Assembly (NCBI GenBank): GCA_002633005.1
Contig: NMRA01000096.1
Location: forward strand, 634,097-698,096
Origin: Phoronis australis
Taxonomy: Eukaryota > Animalia > Phoronida
Direction of reading: 5' to 3'
Length of the DNA: 64,000 nt
Below are positions 1-14,100 of this stretch, one piece after another. Position 1 is the stretch's first letter; every line of letters begins with the position of its first letter. Made by a program: the position numbers and the translations under genes. The notes below the pieces were generated by a model, which saw nothing but the letters and a program-made list of their open reading frames with translations, was not told where the DNA came from and did not search any database.

Positions 1-38
1 CACTCGAGAGCAATTTGGCGACAACTGAGGTGCCCACG

Positions 39-614
39 GCCATTACTTGGGTAGTCAGTTTTCCGCTGTGTGGATTATGAGGAAACATGGTGTCTGATAT
101 TTACGTTCTCGGAAGGTTTGCTAGTTGTGTTTTTTAAAGATCAGTCAGAACATAAATGTGGCTTTAGGTGACAAGATATAATTAGTAGAACAATTCCGTA
201 AAGGTAAGCCTATATTTCAGTAAATAATTTACAACAATCCGTAGTATTTTCAAATGCAAAATGTGCCAAAACATCTGATAATTAGGTCACTTGACGATAC
301 CTGATCAGTGATTACTGTACAGTCACTACAGGTCTGAATTTGTCAAATTTATATAAGCAAGCAACTGAAATAATGTTTTGGCAAATATTCCATTATATTT
401 CAGTGAAAATATTACATATCGGTGTAAATCCTTTACTGAAGTAAAAACTTACCTTTACAAAATTGTTCTGTGACTAAACCTTGTCCCCGTAAGCCACATC
501 TGTTGCAACAGATCTTTAAAGAACACAACTAGGAAACCTGCGGAAAACCTAAAAAGTAGACACTATGTAGCCGCTTAGGTTCCACTGTGTTCAACTGACT
601 AACCACGAAATGGC
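39..614. mobile_element. Degenerate foldback/MITE-like palindromic element
   Basis: About 39-290 is an imperfect reverse complement of about 360-614 (e.g. ctagttgtgttttttaaagatc vs gatctttaaagaacacaactag; gtaaaggtaag vs cttacctttac). No coding capacity. Confidence 0.7.
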
Positions 615-1037
615 AGAGTATTTTGATTTATATTTGCTGCTAGAACATATCTCCATTTGCAACATTACTATTTATGATTTCGATAAATCGTTGCAGACGA
701 CTGAACTACGTGGAATCTCACTGCAATGTTAAGTATCTCTCTGTGCTCTTGGCATGATGCATGCGCGTTTGCTGCCGAGGTTTGACTTAAGTTTAAAGAC
801 AAATGAAAAAAATGAAACAGAGGAGGATTGCCAGTTCATTGAGATGTTTCCAGTGTGGAGAAATATTTCAGATTCGACTTTTATAACCGTTTTATGCGAT
901 CGTCCATTTTGGGGGTCTTAATTGCGCCATATCGCAGTGAAATCATAACGAGTTAAATGGTATAAAAAACAAGGCGGTGCCGGACATTGAATAATGCAAC
1001 AGAATGCAAGATTTTATTAAACATCCTTTATTTAGGT

Positions 1038-3912
1038 CCGTCCAATATTTAGGTATGCTATACGTAGCTTTATTTTGGCCTTTTTATGTTCTTGGCCTTT
1101 CATTTTTGTTCTTGACTAACCCTTTACATGTGCAATTAGGTAAAATCTACTCCAACTACCAGTAGTTCACTGGACTACATGCTAAAATGACCATTTTCAA
1201 CTATATAGCCATATTGTTCTTGCGCATGCCACAATTTTTCATTTTGGTTAGTTGACTTGTTTAATTTGCGTGTTATGCAAAACACTGAGGGTAGGTAATA
1301 GTAGTTTTTTTAGTGTATTTGTACCCAGTTTGTTATTCACAGGTATTTGTTTTTTTTTGCTTTGTAATCAGTCCAAAAGCAAACCAGTTGAACATTCCAT
1401 CACAGGCGTCATCACCCCAGGGTCAGTTAGGGCAATGTATTACATGGGCAGTCATTTCATGTTGTGTTGCAAACTGTTTGGGTAAGGATTTATGACCTGT
1501 CATTCAACACATTGTTTTTGATAGAGTTCTAGTCGTAGAATGCCAGCCATTTTACGTGTATATTGACTATATTTAAGAGATGGTCGTAACTTATGTGTTC
1601 ATTGAAAAACAGGAGCTCTTCCATACGGGAAGTTCAGAGTTGTAATTGATTTCCTTTAAATGAAGCCTACATCTGGAATTTATTTTGAATCAAAACTTTG
1701 AAAAATCTAGCCAATTGCAGTAGACCCCATGTGTGCTCATGAAGCACAGTGTGTCCCTTTTCATCTTGGGTTATTGAGTGACTGATTATTGCAATGGTGT
1801 ACATTTACTTAAAGTGGCCATAAACCCACTTCAGTAACTTCTGATTATTTCCACCCCCTATAGTATGACTCGAGTTGTTTCTTACTCAGACGAGAAATGA
1901 TTTTTGATCTTCCAAAGAACTGAAAGTTCATTCCTTCAGATCACGCTCGCCACATAAAATAACCCGCCTTGACATGCTAACTTGTACAGCCTGGTCTTGA
2001 GCAATACTCAGCTCTTTCCAAGCTCAGGAATCACGCCTGATTTGACTTACAGAAGTGAGTGGTCTAGATCAAAATTTGGTGTTTGTGACCAAACAGGAGT
2101 TAAAAGGTGCTTGAATTGACAATTGTTTGTAATTTTATTGCAGGTAGCATCATATCCTTGGTGACTATGTCCATTTCTGGAACTGAGCAAGAAATTAGAT
2201 GCGTTGTCAATTGGTTCACTAATTGGAGCAACTACCAGAAGGAAAAGTTTTTGAAAGATCTGCTCGAGAAAGCTTGTCCAGTTAACGTGGACTCGTTATT
2301 TGATGGCATGAACACTCTCAAGGTGCAAGACAAGCCACCAAGTATATTTCAGTGCCAAATGAAGTTGTTTACTCAGTGGTTTTCAGCATGGACTGACAAA
2401 GAACGCAACGATTTCTTGATGAAGTTACGCGAAGTAGATTCAGGATTTGTTGAAAGATTTGATGTNCCGTCCAATATTTAGGTATGCTATACGTAGCTTT
2501 ATTTTGGCCTTTTTATGTTCTTGGCCTTTCATTTTTGTTCTTGACTGACCCTTTACATGTGCAATTAGGTAAAATCTACTCCAACTACCAGTAGTTCACT
2601 GGACTACATGCTAAAATGACCATTTTCAACTATATAGCCATATTGTTCTTGGGCATGCCACAATTTTTCGTTTTGGTTAGTTGACTTGTTTAATTAGCGT
2701 GTTATGCAAAACACTGAGGGTAGGTAATAGTAGTTTTTTTAGTGTATTTGTCACCCAGTTTGTTATTCACAGGTATTTGTTTTTTTTTTTGCTTTGTAAT
2801 CAGTCCAAAAGCAAACCAGTTGAACATTCCCATCACAGGCGTCATCACCCCAGGGTCAGTTAGGGCAATGTATTACATGGGCAGTCATTTCATGTTGTGT
2901 TGCAAACTTTTTGGGTAAGGATTTATGACCTGTCATTTAACACATTGTTTTTGATAGAGTTCTAGTCGTAGAATGCCAGCCATTTTACATGTGTATATTA
3001 GCTATATTTAAGAGATGGTCATAACTTATGTGTTCATTGAAAAACAGGAGCTCTTCCATACGGGAAGTTCAGAGTTGGAATTGATTTCCTTTAAATGAAG
3101 CCTACAACTATTGTTTATGAGATACCCAATTTTGAATCAAAACTTTGAAAAACATAGCCAATTGCAGTAGACCCCATGTGTGCTCATGAAGCACAGTGTG
3201 TCCCTTTTCGTCTTGGGTTATTGAGTGACTGATTATTGCAATGGTGTACATTTACTTAAAGTGGCCATAAACCCACATTACTAACTTCTAATTATTTTCA
3301 CCCCCTATAGTATGACTCGAGTTGTTTCTTACTCAGACGAGAAATGATTTTTGGTCTTGCAAAGAACTGAAATTTCATTTCTTCAAATCATGCTCGCCAC
3401 ATAAAATAACCCGCCTTGACATACTAACTTGTACAGCCTTATCTCGAGCAATACTCAGCTCTTTCCAAGCTCAGGAATCACGCCGGATTTGACTTACAGA
3501 AGTGAGTGGTCTAGATCAAAATTTGGTGTTTGTGACCAAACAGGAGTTAAAAGGTGCTTGAATTGACAATTGTTTGTAATTTTATTGCAGGTAGCATCAT
3601 ATCCTTGGTGACTATGTCCATTTCTGGAACTGAGCAAGAAATTAGATGCGTTGTCAATTGGTTCACTAATTGGAGCAACTACCAGAAGGAAAAGTTTTTG
3701 AAAGATCTGCTCGAGAAAGCTTGTCCAGTTAACGTCGACTCGTTATTTGATGGCATGAACACTCTCAAGGTGCAAGACAAGCCACCAAGTATATTTCAGT
3801 GCCAAATGAAGTTGTTTACTCAGTGGTTTTCAGCATGGACTGACAAAGAACGCAACGATTTCTTGATGAAGTTACGCGAAGTAGATTCAGGATTTGTTGA
3901 AAGATTTGATGT
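1038..3912 (+). repeat. Near-identical tandem copy (1038-2465 vs 2467-3912) joined at a single N; probable uncollapsed haplotype overlap
   Basis: Both units start with ccgtccaatatttagg. Copy 1 stops mid-CDS exactly at the N (2466). Differences are scattered SNPs and indels in non-coding sequence, plus one synonymous CDS change (gtg/gtc). Confidence 0.85.
2167..2465 (+). CDS. C14orf119: C14orf119 homolog, copy truncated by the assembly gap
   Basis: Same peptide as 3614-3937 up to ...FVERFD, then the N. Confidence 0.5.
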
Positions 3913-3937
3913 TGAATCTTCTGCAAGGACTTTCTGA
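3614..3937 (+). CDS. C14orf119: C14orf119 homolog (DUF4508-type small protein), single coding exon
   Basis: MSISGTEQEIRCVVNWFTNWSNYQKEKFLKDLLEKACP...DKPPSIFQCQMKLFTQWFSAWTDKERNDFL matches the family pattern (QExxCxxxWFxNWS; PPSIFxCQ..WF..W...ERN.F). Splice acceptor tttattgcag at 3581-3590 precedes the ATG at 3614. AATAAA near 4001. Confidence 0.88.
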   Translation: MSISGTEQEIRCVVNWFTNWSNYQKEKFLKDLLEKACPVNVDSLFDGMNTLKVQDKPPSIFQCQMKLFTQWFSAWTDKERNDFLMKLREVDSGFVERFDVESSARTF

Positions 3938-4442
3938 AATTTACTAGTTGACTGAATTTGTGTATTAGAGCACTGCATGTCATTGTAACCTAATAATAAT
4001 AATAAAACTTTTGTCAACGCATTACACTTCATATTGAAAGGCACAACATGGATATTTTCAAAAGAACCAAAATACATATAAACAGAAAGAGTGGATATGC
4101 CATGCAGTTCTCCAACAAAAAGTACATTACCATACTAAAATATAAATACAAAATGATACCAGTATTCAAATGAGCATCTTGCCTAACTCTGGATATAAAC
4201 GTGAACAAAACATCCAGTTGCGTAATTAATTAATCTCACTCATATTAGCCCTCCTTCATTGTTCAGAGCAGGGAAGCAGTTTCCCATGTGATCAAAGCTT
4301 AAGCAAACATCTAATAATTTCATGTTTCATAAATTCACAACTTCTCCTCTGATACCAGTCTTATTTTCAGCTCAACTAAGTCACTTTTCTAACTCCAAAG
4401 TTACTTTAAATAAAACAATGTTCATTTTACTCCTGGGCCTTC

Positions 4443-7400
4443 CTATGTAGCCTTTGTTGTCTTTGACTTGGCCTTGGCTTTCTTTTTCAATCCATCAATA
4501 TTTGCTTTCAATAGGTTTGCATATGCCTGCAAAATAATAGCAATGAGCACAGATACAATACAGCACACAACGCTGGAGAAGGTCATTCGAATTCCCACCC
4601 ACTCTATCACTATTGAATGAAGTGGAGGAGTGCAAACACCTACTGTTCTTGTATGTTGTCGGGCTCCTGCCTCGTTTAAATCCTAGATGGCTCAGCCACT
4701 TCAGATTTCATCTCAAGTCACCATGAAATCACTGTGAGTATCAAAGTCGGACAATAATTGCCCCTAAGTTCCTTTTGAAGTTTGTATTGACTTCCTAATT
4801 TTAAATTACTAACATTTCTCCTAGATTAATTACCTTTGGTTCACAATTGTTCCGTTTATTTCATGAAATCATGGCATTTGCCTTCACAACAGGAAGTAAT
4901 GAGATGGAAGTCTGAATTGCTCGGCAAATATCGGAGAAACGCCCGAAAGGGAATGAATGCACATTTACAGGTACAAATTGAATAGGTATGCGTAAAATTC
5001 TTAGAATGGAGTATGGTACAACCTTATTTTAGTCGACGTCTACGCCAGATTTGGCAACCTCAAATTTCATTTGGTGACCTCAGATTTCGTTTGGCAACCT
5101 GAGATTTTTGCCAAGTCATCAAATGCGGCTTGGCGTTAAGCTAAGCGTTGAGCACTGTAGCTTGATAAAATCTGATCAAGCCATTATGGTAATGTGTCAT
5201 TTTAAAATCGTTTCAATGACATGAGTTTCATCTCAACTGTTGAAGAGGTGTTACAATTGCACTATTATTTATTAAAACAAACTGATTGCTTACCATTTGA
5301 AATTTATTTACATCCTTCTGATTTACCTGAAATATAAAACATTGAATGAATATAATATGACATGATATATTCATAAACGATAACATATCGACTTCCCTAG
5401 AATTACTGTGCATAAAAATTCAGTAATTTTTACACAGAAGTAAATTCACTTATTTCACTGAAGTTTGTTTTCATTAAGTTTTGGGCATCTTTGCTCATAC
5501 AGCTTCATCACGATTTAGGTTGGCGAATCCAAATACTTCACACTTAAAGACTATACTGAACTCATGACGGAGGCAATTAAATAATGAAATCTTCTCCTAC
5601 CATATCCAGAACAAACAAAGGTGATCCTACAATTGTTATCTTCTTTGTACTATGTAACCTATTTTACGATACATGTTTTTAAGGAAACGTGGTACCAGCA
5701 AGGGTATATTAGCGTTGTGAGGTGACCATGACAGTGGAGAGTTGGTGGGATGCACTGCTGCTCCGATTACATTATGGACTAAAAAGTTGGAAAATCTGAG
5801 ACTATACTTTTACAGGGAAAGCAAACATTTTTGGAATTCTCTTAAATAAAAATCCTCAGTTATTACCATTAATTATTGTTCTGTTGGTCATTAGCTAATA
5901 CTCAACATCGGTGACAGCAAAAGTTGGACAAACTATGTCAAACTCTTCAAATTCGAACAAAAACTGCGGCCAAAAGAGTGATTGTTCAATTTCCCAAATC
6001 ACGCCACATTACTAAAAATACTTAAAATTTCATCTTGTGTTTCATGGCAGCTGTATTAAATTAACTGAGCATAATGAAGTAACAAAAGTTTCCTTCCTGT
6101 TAAATAAAATATTTCACTGTTCTGCCATATAGTGGCCTAAACAGAAGGAACTTCAAGGCACTCACACCACTATTGTTTGCTATACCTCATAAAGCCAGAA
6201 TATAGCCTGAACATAACTGTAAATTTACGTTTCTAGTTAAGATGAAACAAACAGAGGTAATAACAATATGCGACCACTCGCATAAAAATGGAAAGTGCCG
6301 AATTGCAGTGACTCTTGAAGCAGAACCCACAGACACATCAATTAATCAAAGTTGTCATATGTTCATGATGTCAGTTGGTGCAAATCGTCTATGTTGTCTA
6401 TTTATAGAATGCCTTGCTAGTGAGCTGACAAGGTTTATCCATCATGCACTTCTCAAATCCTAAGAAAAGTTTACCCTTGGAACTATCCCTATCCCAGGGT
6501 GCACGTGTACTGGACAAAAAGTCAAACTACAGCCTACCACGGTGCTAATCTTTTTATTGCCTAGCTGCGCTCTAATCAGACACTTGTACTCAGTGTCCTG
6601 GTGGTGGCCATGATGGCTAGATTTCGTCTCCTTGGGGGTCACTGGTTTGGGAGTAGTCCTGCCGTCATCTGAAGCAGAGAACACACAGAATTAGTGGTCA
6701 CAGCTGAGATGAACCTGAATTAGCACAGCCACTGTCTGCTGACCAGTTAATTTACAATTAGCATTTTGTAGTTGTTCAAAAAATACTTGGATTTATTAAC
6801 GAGCTAATTGGATTGATGAAGCTTTAAAAAAGAATTTGAGTTAATTTTGCACTCAAAACAGCCACTTTTCCTACTACACAAGACTTGCCATCTTTTGCAA
6901 CCATGCTACAGCTTAGTGACCATGCTTCGTTTAAAATTAAGAGACAGCTACTTTTATGCAATGAAAATACAAAAAAAATGTTCATCAGAAGGTAGGCCTA
7001 ACTTAAATGTCTTACTAGTGCAATTACAGCCAATTCCGTGCATTAATTTGACTTGGACACAGTCCTAGACCTACCGCACCATCCTGCTTGCCTAGGACAA
7101 GATGAGTGTATACCTGAGCTATGAACCTGAGTCTTTTTAATCCAAATATTTGGCTCGAAGATTAGAAAAGCATAAACAGTGCTATCGACTCAACCTATTT
7201 TACACGGGGAATGCTATCTTATGACCTACTTTTCATTTGGCAGAATTTAGCAGACAGAAGAATAAAAATATTGGTGAATCTTCACTGATTTTGTTCAACA
7301 TATCATGAAATCTATGGCATTGTACAGATAATTATGACTTTGAACATGCCCAGCTTTACATGAACATATTGCATCAGTGGCCATGTCACTTGTCAGGTGA

Positions 7401-8044
7401 AGGGTTTTCGCTAGCTCTGATACTTTTCCTCAAACATTTTTTTTCATTGTTACCTGAACAAATTCGCACATCATGAACGTACGATTCTCTGCTGAAAAGG
7501 ATAGTCCAAAAACCACTCGCCAAATCATCAGAAACGTCCTTTTTAACGACAGCGTATTTGCCTCCGATATCCTGTTTTTTTGTCAGATGTCACATGACTT
7601 TTCACAAGAGGGCGGACCTTTTGATAGATCAATTACTCGTTAGCGAGGCTCATGATCCAACGGAACTCGGAAGCCCGTCAACACAACAACACAGTCAGCA
7701 GGCTGGCTAGTAATTATGTGATTACTCTGAGGGGACATCATCATGAAATAGACCTGCTACCCAGTCTGTGCAGTGTTGATGGAGTTAGTTACAAGAAAAA
7801 ATCTGTTTACTTACATCGTTTCATTGTCAGTGTGAGCGAACCCGTCCCAGATGTTTTCGACTTGTTGAACAACCGTGTGAGTTCACTGAGAAACTGAAAC
7901 AATATCACCAATTGCTTCATTTTTACACTTAATGTATATCTTAAATCTGATAACTTGATTACACTGTGCAATGTGAAGAATGGGGATTTAGTAAAACCAA
8001 GAAACAAGTCGCCAACTCACCGAATCATTTTCTACAAGCACCAT
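4443..8044 (-). CDS. SRP14: Signal recognition particle 14 kDa protein, 5 coding exons
   Basis: Exons 8021-8044 (MVLVENDS), 7815-7893 (FLSELTRLFNKSKTSGTGSLTLTMKR), 6538-6668 (YDGRTTPKP...KCLIRAQLGNKKISTV), 5294-5326 (VNQKDVNKFQM) and 4443-4526 (AYANLLKANIDGLKKKAKAKSKTTKAT*). All introns are GT-AG with consistent phases. Confidence 0.95.
5045..5108. repeat. Short minisatellite (about 20 bp x3) in an SRP14 intron
   Basis: Three repeated units of tttggcaacctcagattt-like sequence. Confidence 0.55.
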
Positions 8045-8184
8045 TTTTCTGAAACCGGAACCGGAACTGCAATCACAGCGGCACCTATCTTGCAAGTGAC
8101 AAAGGATATTTTCTGCCGGTGCGCGGTGCGTGTTTGCGTTTCACTTGATTTTCTGTCCATCTGTCAGGTATTCTTCGCTACGAA
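8045..8184. promoter_or_regulatory. Compact region between divergent SRP14 and SAE1 start codons, with tandem ETS-like CCGGAA sites
   Basis: ATGs at 8044 (-) and 8185 (+). ccggaaccggaa at about 8055-8066. Locally CpG-rich. Confidence 0.55.
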
Positions 8185-11100
8185 ATGGTCGAAGGAAAGT
8201 CTGAGAGTATCAGTGAAGCTGAAGCAGAATTATACGATCGTCAGATAAGGTTGTGGGGCCTGGATGCTCAACGAAGGTGATTTCTAGTTTTGCTAGTTTT
8301 GACCGGTGACTGTGTACAGTGACTGTGGAGTGTACAGTCAGTGTCAGTGACCAGGTGGTGACAGGAGCTTATTTTGATATGTTCAAACATATCTCTACAC
8401 CATATAAGTAAAGGTCAAAGTTGATAACTTCAAAGAGGCTATCCGGGCAGCATCGAACAATAAACCCGAGTGTGTTTTTCGCCTCGGCTCTGAAACTGTT
8501 CACGTCCCTTTAAATTAGTAATTTTTGGTAGGGTTTATAACTACTAGTAGTTAGTATAAGACATTCTTTTGCATAGGGAAACTGGTTGTGAAAAAGTCAC
8601 CCATCTGAGCAACAGATCCAGCATACCTGGCTTTCTATGGGAGCTCCCCCAGCCCCTGAGTAATGTCTGGAGAATGCAACGGTTTCTGGTTTCATTTTAG
8701 GTTTAATTGTCTGATTATTCCTCTGGATTCTAATTAATTATGCAAGCTTAATTCCAGAAATGACATGAGCTGCCCAAATCATTCCTACTTTGGACTTTGT
8801 TTTTGCTGTTCACGTCACGACTAAAGCAGAAATTTTTACGTGTGGCAAACTGTTCTTCACCGTCGAGTCACAAAATGGGTGTGAAGGTACCTACTAAACA
8901 TGTTTCAGGGTCCAATTTAGCGAGCAAGGTGCGAGCTGAAATTGCCATTGACAATCTGAGCTCATGGCTTACTCACCAAATGCTACTGCTGTTTCTGACT
9001 GTCGTTCTCGCACTTGCAAAACCACGTCAGCTGGGTCAAATAACACCATATATAGAACAGTAACAAAAATACTACCAAAAAGTGCTCTGTTGATCTTGTT
9101 TAATCCATAGACACTAAAAAATAACACACGCGAACAGCACCCCCTTTTCAAGTGAGGAAGTGACTCTCTAGATGTACTGAACTTCGGCAAAGTAAGATTT
9201 GAGCGTCTGTGATTTCCACATGTGCTTTTCAAACAATAATAAAATGTAGTTGTTGATCCATCCAGGAAAGTTCATTGTAAATTGCCCGTCAACTATCAGC
9301 GCCTTCTTTCGGTCTTGTTCAATCCACAGGCACTCAAAAAATAACACACGCGAACAGCACCCCTTTTTCAAGTGAAGGAGTGATTCTCTTGATGTACTGA
9401 ACTTTTGGTAAAGTGAGATTTGAGCTTCTGATTTTCTCACATGCTTTTCATAACAATAATAAAATATAGTATTTATCCATTTAGGAAAGTTATTATAAAT
9501 CAAATTGAATCTGGTCTGTTGGATAATACTCACAGAATTAAAGTCCTAGAACCTTGGACTTGGAGGCATCACGCATCTTTCAAAGGGAACGCGAGTTCTA
9601 TTTTTATCTAAAATTATCTGAGAATACTCGTCGACGACAAATGATTGTGTAACTTTTTGGAAATCAACAGATGTCGCAATCAATCGTTGCACAAGCACAA
9701 ACAAAGATGGTGGGGAATGGTTTGGGTTGCAAACGTCACTTACGGATTGACACATTCATAATTAATTGAAACCCAGTGGACTTTAAGGAACTTGAAAACT
9801 TAACTAAGGTAACCAGAAAATCGTGACTTAGGAAAAATGAAACTAAAAATGGCTGTAAGTCCCTTTAATATAACAACTTTAGCTCTAGATTAAGGGTAAA
9901 TTCTCCATTTCTTTCTCTTGTAGACTACGAGCTGCCAAAGTTCTTATAGTGGGTGCTGGAGGCTTAGCTGCTGAGGTAGCTAAGAACATTGTTTTGGCTG
10001 GAATCAAGGCATTGACGTTTCTAGATCATCGAAATGTGAGTTGGCACTTTTCCTAATTCTCTAAGGCGTGCTGTTCATCTTAACGGGAAATTTATACAAA
10101 TCAATGACAAATGGTCAGTACGTACTGATAACCCAAACTGTACTCAAGGAGCCTTGTGATGGAAGTACTACCTTTTGGGGTTGATGTCACTTGGAGGTTT
10201 TCTCCAATCTGACTTTGTGAACAAGAATGTTTTATTATGTTAAAGGGTGTACATTTGGTGCTGTGAGTTTGCCCCTTGTTGACTAAAAGGCACTGGGAGT
10301 CACCACAGTGTTGCGTTTTGAGTTTCTCTTTGTCCAACGAATTCTCTGTGTGTGGTGAACAGTTGTCGTTGACTCTTTTTTTTGTATTCTTTTCTTAGAA
10401 CATATTAAACATTAAGTTTCATTCATCTGTCTTTCAATTCTGACCTGTTTTATCTGTAAAGCGTGGGCTCAAAATCTATTTCCATTTAAGGTCTTACCTT
10501 TGATGAAAAATACGTACTAAGTGTGAGTAAGCAGTTACCTTCTAATTATGATGTTCAGAATTTTGAAGTGACTAAACATGTTTATCAGAGAAATTATATT
10601 CCTTGTTTTTATTTTCAGGTGGAGCAGGGGGATTTTGCTGCCAATTTTTTACTGGCAGGTGCCGACATTGGAAGAAATGTAAGTTGTTCGATTGCAGTTG
10701 GTGAAATTAATATTATACAGTCATTGAGGTGATTCTAAACTAGGTATCGATCATGTGTACTCTTATGCTAAATGGTGTCTGTTGTCCAAAGTTCCAGCAT
10801 AGTTTTTGCACGTATTGAAACTGCAAGCTCAAAAAGGAACCCATTATTCTGACGTTTCATTGCATATTCCTAGAGTACAAACGCTTTAGGCCTAATTTTC
10901 ATTATACGTCACTAGTTATTTAGTTGTCGCTTTCAGGATACAATGATTTCATTTAATTTATATTGGTTACTTGAATTTGTCTTTCTCAGAGAGCTGTAAG
11001 TTGTCTAGAGAACACCCAAAAGTTGAACAGCATGGTCGAGGTCCGGGCAGACAAAGACGATATATCCACCAAGCCTGACTCATACTTCACGCATTTCGAT

Positions 11101-14100
11101 GTTGTCCTCATCACTCAGTGTAGCCAGGAACAAATGACTCGTGTGAACGAAGTGTGTCATAAGAACGACATCAAGTTCTATGCTGGTGATGTCTACGGAT
11201 GGTATGGTTTCATGTTTGCTGATCTCAATGAGCATCATTATGCTGAGTAAGTTGTACCTTGCGTCGCAGCGCCACCTACATGTGAGAGTGGTTCTGTGGA
11301 TGGGTGATGATAGACGTGCAGAGATTGGTGTGTGGGATTCAGTGTGCATGCTTTGATTTAGACATTTGTTACGGGAATGAATCGGAAAAGTGCAGCGAAT
11401 CTTTTTGTTGTCTTGTTTGACACCTTGTTATCTTGGGTGTGTCACAAAACACACTTGTGTGGAATGCATTGATTTGGTTTTGTTGCAGCAGCTGTAAGCC
11501 AAACAGTGAGCAGTATTTTATGCATTTCTCAACATCAACCAAACGGAATGTGTGAATCGTATTTTCCAACCAAATGGAATATCCGAATGCTATAGTGCTG
11601 AATTATTTTAAACTCTGCTAAAGAAATTAAAAAATTAAGGTAAACTAGTCTTTGCAGTCATCATAACGCAAACTGACAACGGGAACTTCAACCCGTTTTT
11701 CTGTGGTACTTTTGCAAGTAGGACCTTGTGGATGGTTGCATGGAGAAGTCTTAAAGTTTAAAGACACCCTTAAGCCTTGTGGAAAACTCTTTATTTTAGG
11801 GACTAGTGCGTAAAATGATCCCCTTTTTTCGGGTCACCCAGAGTCCCTACCTCTGTGAGTCATGGTCTGTGATGATAGTCACATCAAAATGATGGTGTTG
11901 ACATAGAATTTCTAGGGTTTGAACCAACTCATGGTGACATATGGTTAATAAACGCCATTGAAGAAGTGCTTAGAATTAGAATGTTTCCAAAAAGGACAGA
12001 GTTTGGGCCATCACCATGCAACGGTTCTTAAATAATCCTCATACCGATGTCCCTTGTTCAGGATCTTTGTCAGGTCCCCAAATAAGAACTTTTTCTTGCA
12101 ACCAACCACTAAGTCTCACATTCACCACCAAGTTTGTGATCTTCAATGAAAAACATTAAGAACATCTTTGTAACGCTAATTGCTTTCACATAGACAATTT
12201 ACTATCAGTAGTCAATTGTTGTAAAGTGTTGAAACACTGTGACACAGAAATTGATGTGAACCTTCAAGATATAGTGATAGTATCTTAATAGCATCACTTA
12301 CATGACATGTTACCTACTCACATCTTGATCTTGCAGGGATATTCAAAAGTTGAAAGCACAGAGTCAGGGTGAAGGAGATGAGCCAGCTGTTAAGAAATCA
12401 AAATCTGCCGAAATGGAAACTGTCACTGTCAAACAGGTAATAAATTCAACTCTTTTTTCAGGCCAGTGGGTGGCTATGTCGCGTGTTCTTTGGCTTTTTT
12501 GCCACATGTCTGATGTCAAGGGGAGAATTCGGGGATTTCGTTAGCGGTGCTGCTGATGTTTTTCTGATGCATATTGGGACAGGTGTCAGCTCGTGAACTC
12601 CCAGTGACATCACAAATAACTTGGTGATGTGTAAACAGTTTGACGAAAAACAGCACTTGTCATTTATGTGCTCCAGAATTGAAATCACAAGTCCAGTGTA
12701 GCTTGATTTTTGGTGCTAGTTTGACAAAGCAACCATCATAGAAAAAATAAGATTGATCATGAGCTTCAAAATACAGATGATTGAATAGATAAATTAACAA
12801 AGTTGTTGCAAGATCAAAGAATTCAACATTGACAACTAAACAGGGTCAAAATGCAACTTAAAATCAGTTTTGTTGATTTTCCCATTTCAGACATCTAGCT
12901 TTGTTAGATTAAGACAAGCTCTTAATGCGGATTTCTCCAGTGAAAAGTACAAGAAGTCTCTGAAACGCACACCGCACTGCTTCTTTATTATCAAAGGTTA
13001 GTCTTGCTGTGTGAAAAAATGTGCAAAGAAAGGAACATGATTTTTAGTTACACTTTGCATAGACCCAGCTTTTGAGCTGATAGTTGTCTTCAAACCTATT
13101 TGTAAACTATCCGATATGCTCTGTAAACTGAAGTCACCTATTCCTTTGTTAAACAAAAGCAATGCTGTTTATCAGGTTGAATGTGATAATTGTAAGGAAT
13201 TCTATATCGGACTCACACAGAGACGCCTCTGTGACAGAGTGTTAGAACATCACACCTCAGACAAAAGCAACGTCTATAGGCATTGTGTTAGTAACAATCA
13301 CCAAATGAAGCTAATTCAGTCAGTATAATCTGTAAAGAACCTGTAAAGGAATTGCTTTACATTAAAGAGTCACTGGCCATTCAGGACCAGCATGCTGCTG
13401 GTTCTCTGAATAACATGCAGAGCTCAGTGACTCTACAGCTATGGTGCTGTCCTATTTACTATTTCCTGTCATTGTTGTTGCACTCATTTCACTTCATGGA
13501 TGTAACCTGACTCGTGTGTGGACATTTGATGTCCGATTGTTTGTATCTTGATGATGTCTAATGAATTGACAAAACATAATGATTGCTACTGACTTAAATG
13601 TGATTGTAGTTCACATTCATGTTAACAAATAGGCAACTAACAAAAATTCAAGTCTTGTCTCGACTAAGACTGTGCCAGCCTTGATGAAGTGGGACCCAGA
13701 TCTATGACTGTGATTTCAGTGTACCACTCTCTGTGGGTACTTACTTTAATTCCAACATTCCATGTTGTGTTTTAGCTATCCTCAACTTTCTCTCCACCAA
13801 CCACCGTACTCCATCTGTTGACCACCTGGAGACTGACATAGAACAACTGGTCAAATTCAAGAACGATGTGCTCACGTCAGTTGATGTCAACATTGATGAT
13901 GACTTCGGAAGGTAGGTATGGCTGGCCAAAGGGGTCATAAGTAGAAATCTGCAGGTAGCTTCGCACGTAAATCTTCCTCAAGTAAAATGACGAGTGTAAA
14001 TTTGCTTCTCATTGGTTGCTAAAACAAATGTGCGCATGACATATCAGAAGCATGCTCCACGAGGAGTAGGCAACCAATCATAAGTGTTCTACCCAATGGT

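Noticed and set aside
2107-2166. Hydrophobic N-terminal extension or signal peptide (MLELTIVCNFIAG...) on C14orf119
   Set aside because: It starts at gtg and translates an intron end. A splice acceptor and the first true ATG lie downstream.
2107-3937. A real tandem duplication of C14orf119
   Set aside because: The junction is exactly an N, copy 1 is cut mid-CDS and the differences look allelic, so an assembly artefact is more likely.
9542-9782. Small TTAA-flanked MITE in SAE1 intron 1
   Set aside because: Only a 5-bp terminal match (agtcc/ggact), too weak to call.
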